Shown: one piece after another, positions 63,810-64,000 of the stretch | Layout: every line of letters begins with the position of its first letter | How positions within the stretch are numbered: the stretch's first letter is position 1 | IMG/VR virus record: IMGVR_UViG_3300050821_006746 | Coordinates: 1 to 64,000 of that record | DNA length: 64,000 bases | Strand: one strand, 5' to 3' | Source: a virus | Program-made: the position numbers and the translations under genes | The notes under the pieces: model-generated | What the model was told of the DNA's origin: nothing | What the model saw: only the letters and a program-made list of their open reading frames with translations | Database searches by the model: none

Positions 63810-64000
63810 ATGGTACGCCCGCCGTCGAATTTGGTAAACATTGTGCTTAATGCCATCTCTAGTCCCTGATTGCCCTCCGCCATTTTCCAGATAGCCGCCT
63901 GCGCTGCATCGTCATTGGCGTCAAATGCCTGAGCGTACTCCATCAGGTAATCGCGCTTGCCTGCGTTGATACGTTCTAGGCGGGCCTGTGCCGCCTCTCT

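Larger units (their letters stand above)
1..64000. mobile_element. Segment of a tailed temperate phage / phage-plasmid genome (host probably Chloroflexota, Ktedonobacteria)
   Basis: Tail and lysis genes, SSAP, initiator plus DnaC-like loader, YopX, DNA MTases, dense short ORFs with ATGA overlaps, ParA locus; no housekeeping genes. Confidence 0.93.

Noticed and set aside
1-64000. Genome-wide TAG recoding
   Set aside because: Many genes end cleanly at TAG followed by a new start, and long genes are intact in code 11.
1-64000. tRNA genes, reverse transcriptase/DGR, IS transposases
   Set aside because: No cloverleaf, RT or transposase motifs were recognised by eye; a tRNAscan/HMM run would be needed to exclude them.

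Overview
A 64-kb segment of a large tailed temperate phage, probably a phage-plasmid. The host is inferred to be Chloroflexota, most likely the mycelial Ktedonobacteria, from the endolysin cell-wall-binding repeat and a host-type SAM methyltransferase. 1-6.8 kb: end of the virion module (repeat-containing fibre, GH-A glycoside hydrolase, BppU-like protein) and lysis genes (DUF1906 endolysin, holin candidates). 7-21 kb: small regulators, a Rad52/Sak-like annealing protein and an extended UvrD-like helicase. 21-31 kb: a Streptomyces-plasmid-like module (TraB/FtsK-like ATPase, two 4-TM Spd-like proteins, Kor-like GntR-UTRA) beside a ParA / small-partner / parS-like partition locus. 31-55 kb: many small early genes, several HTH regulators, an orphan response regulator, an RNA-ligase-like gene, an adenine MTase and a cytosine MTase whose second subunit is encoded in an overlapping frame. 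55-58 kb: replication initiator with internal iterons plus a DnaC-like loader. Non-coding highlights: at least 8 antisense promoter-hairpin sRNA units, promoter-specific operator palindromes, an over-represented CGTCTAGACG palindrome and two inverted Fur-box-like 17-mers. No capsid, terminase, complete integrase, tRNA or CRISPR array was recognised. All family calls come from motif recognition by eye, with no database search.
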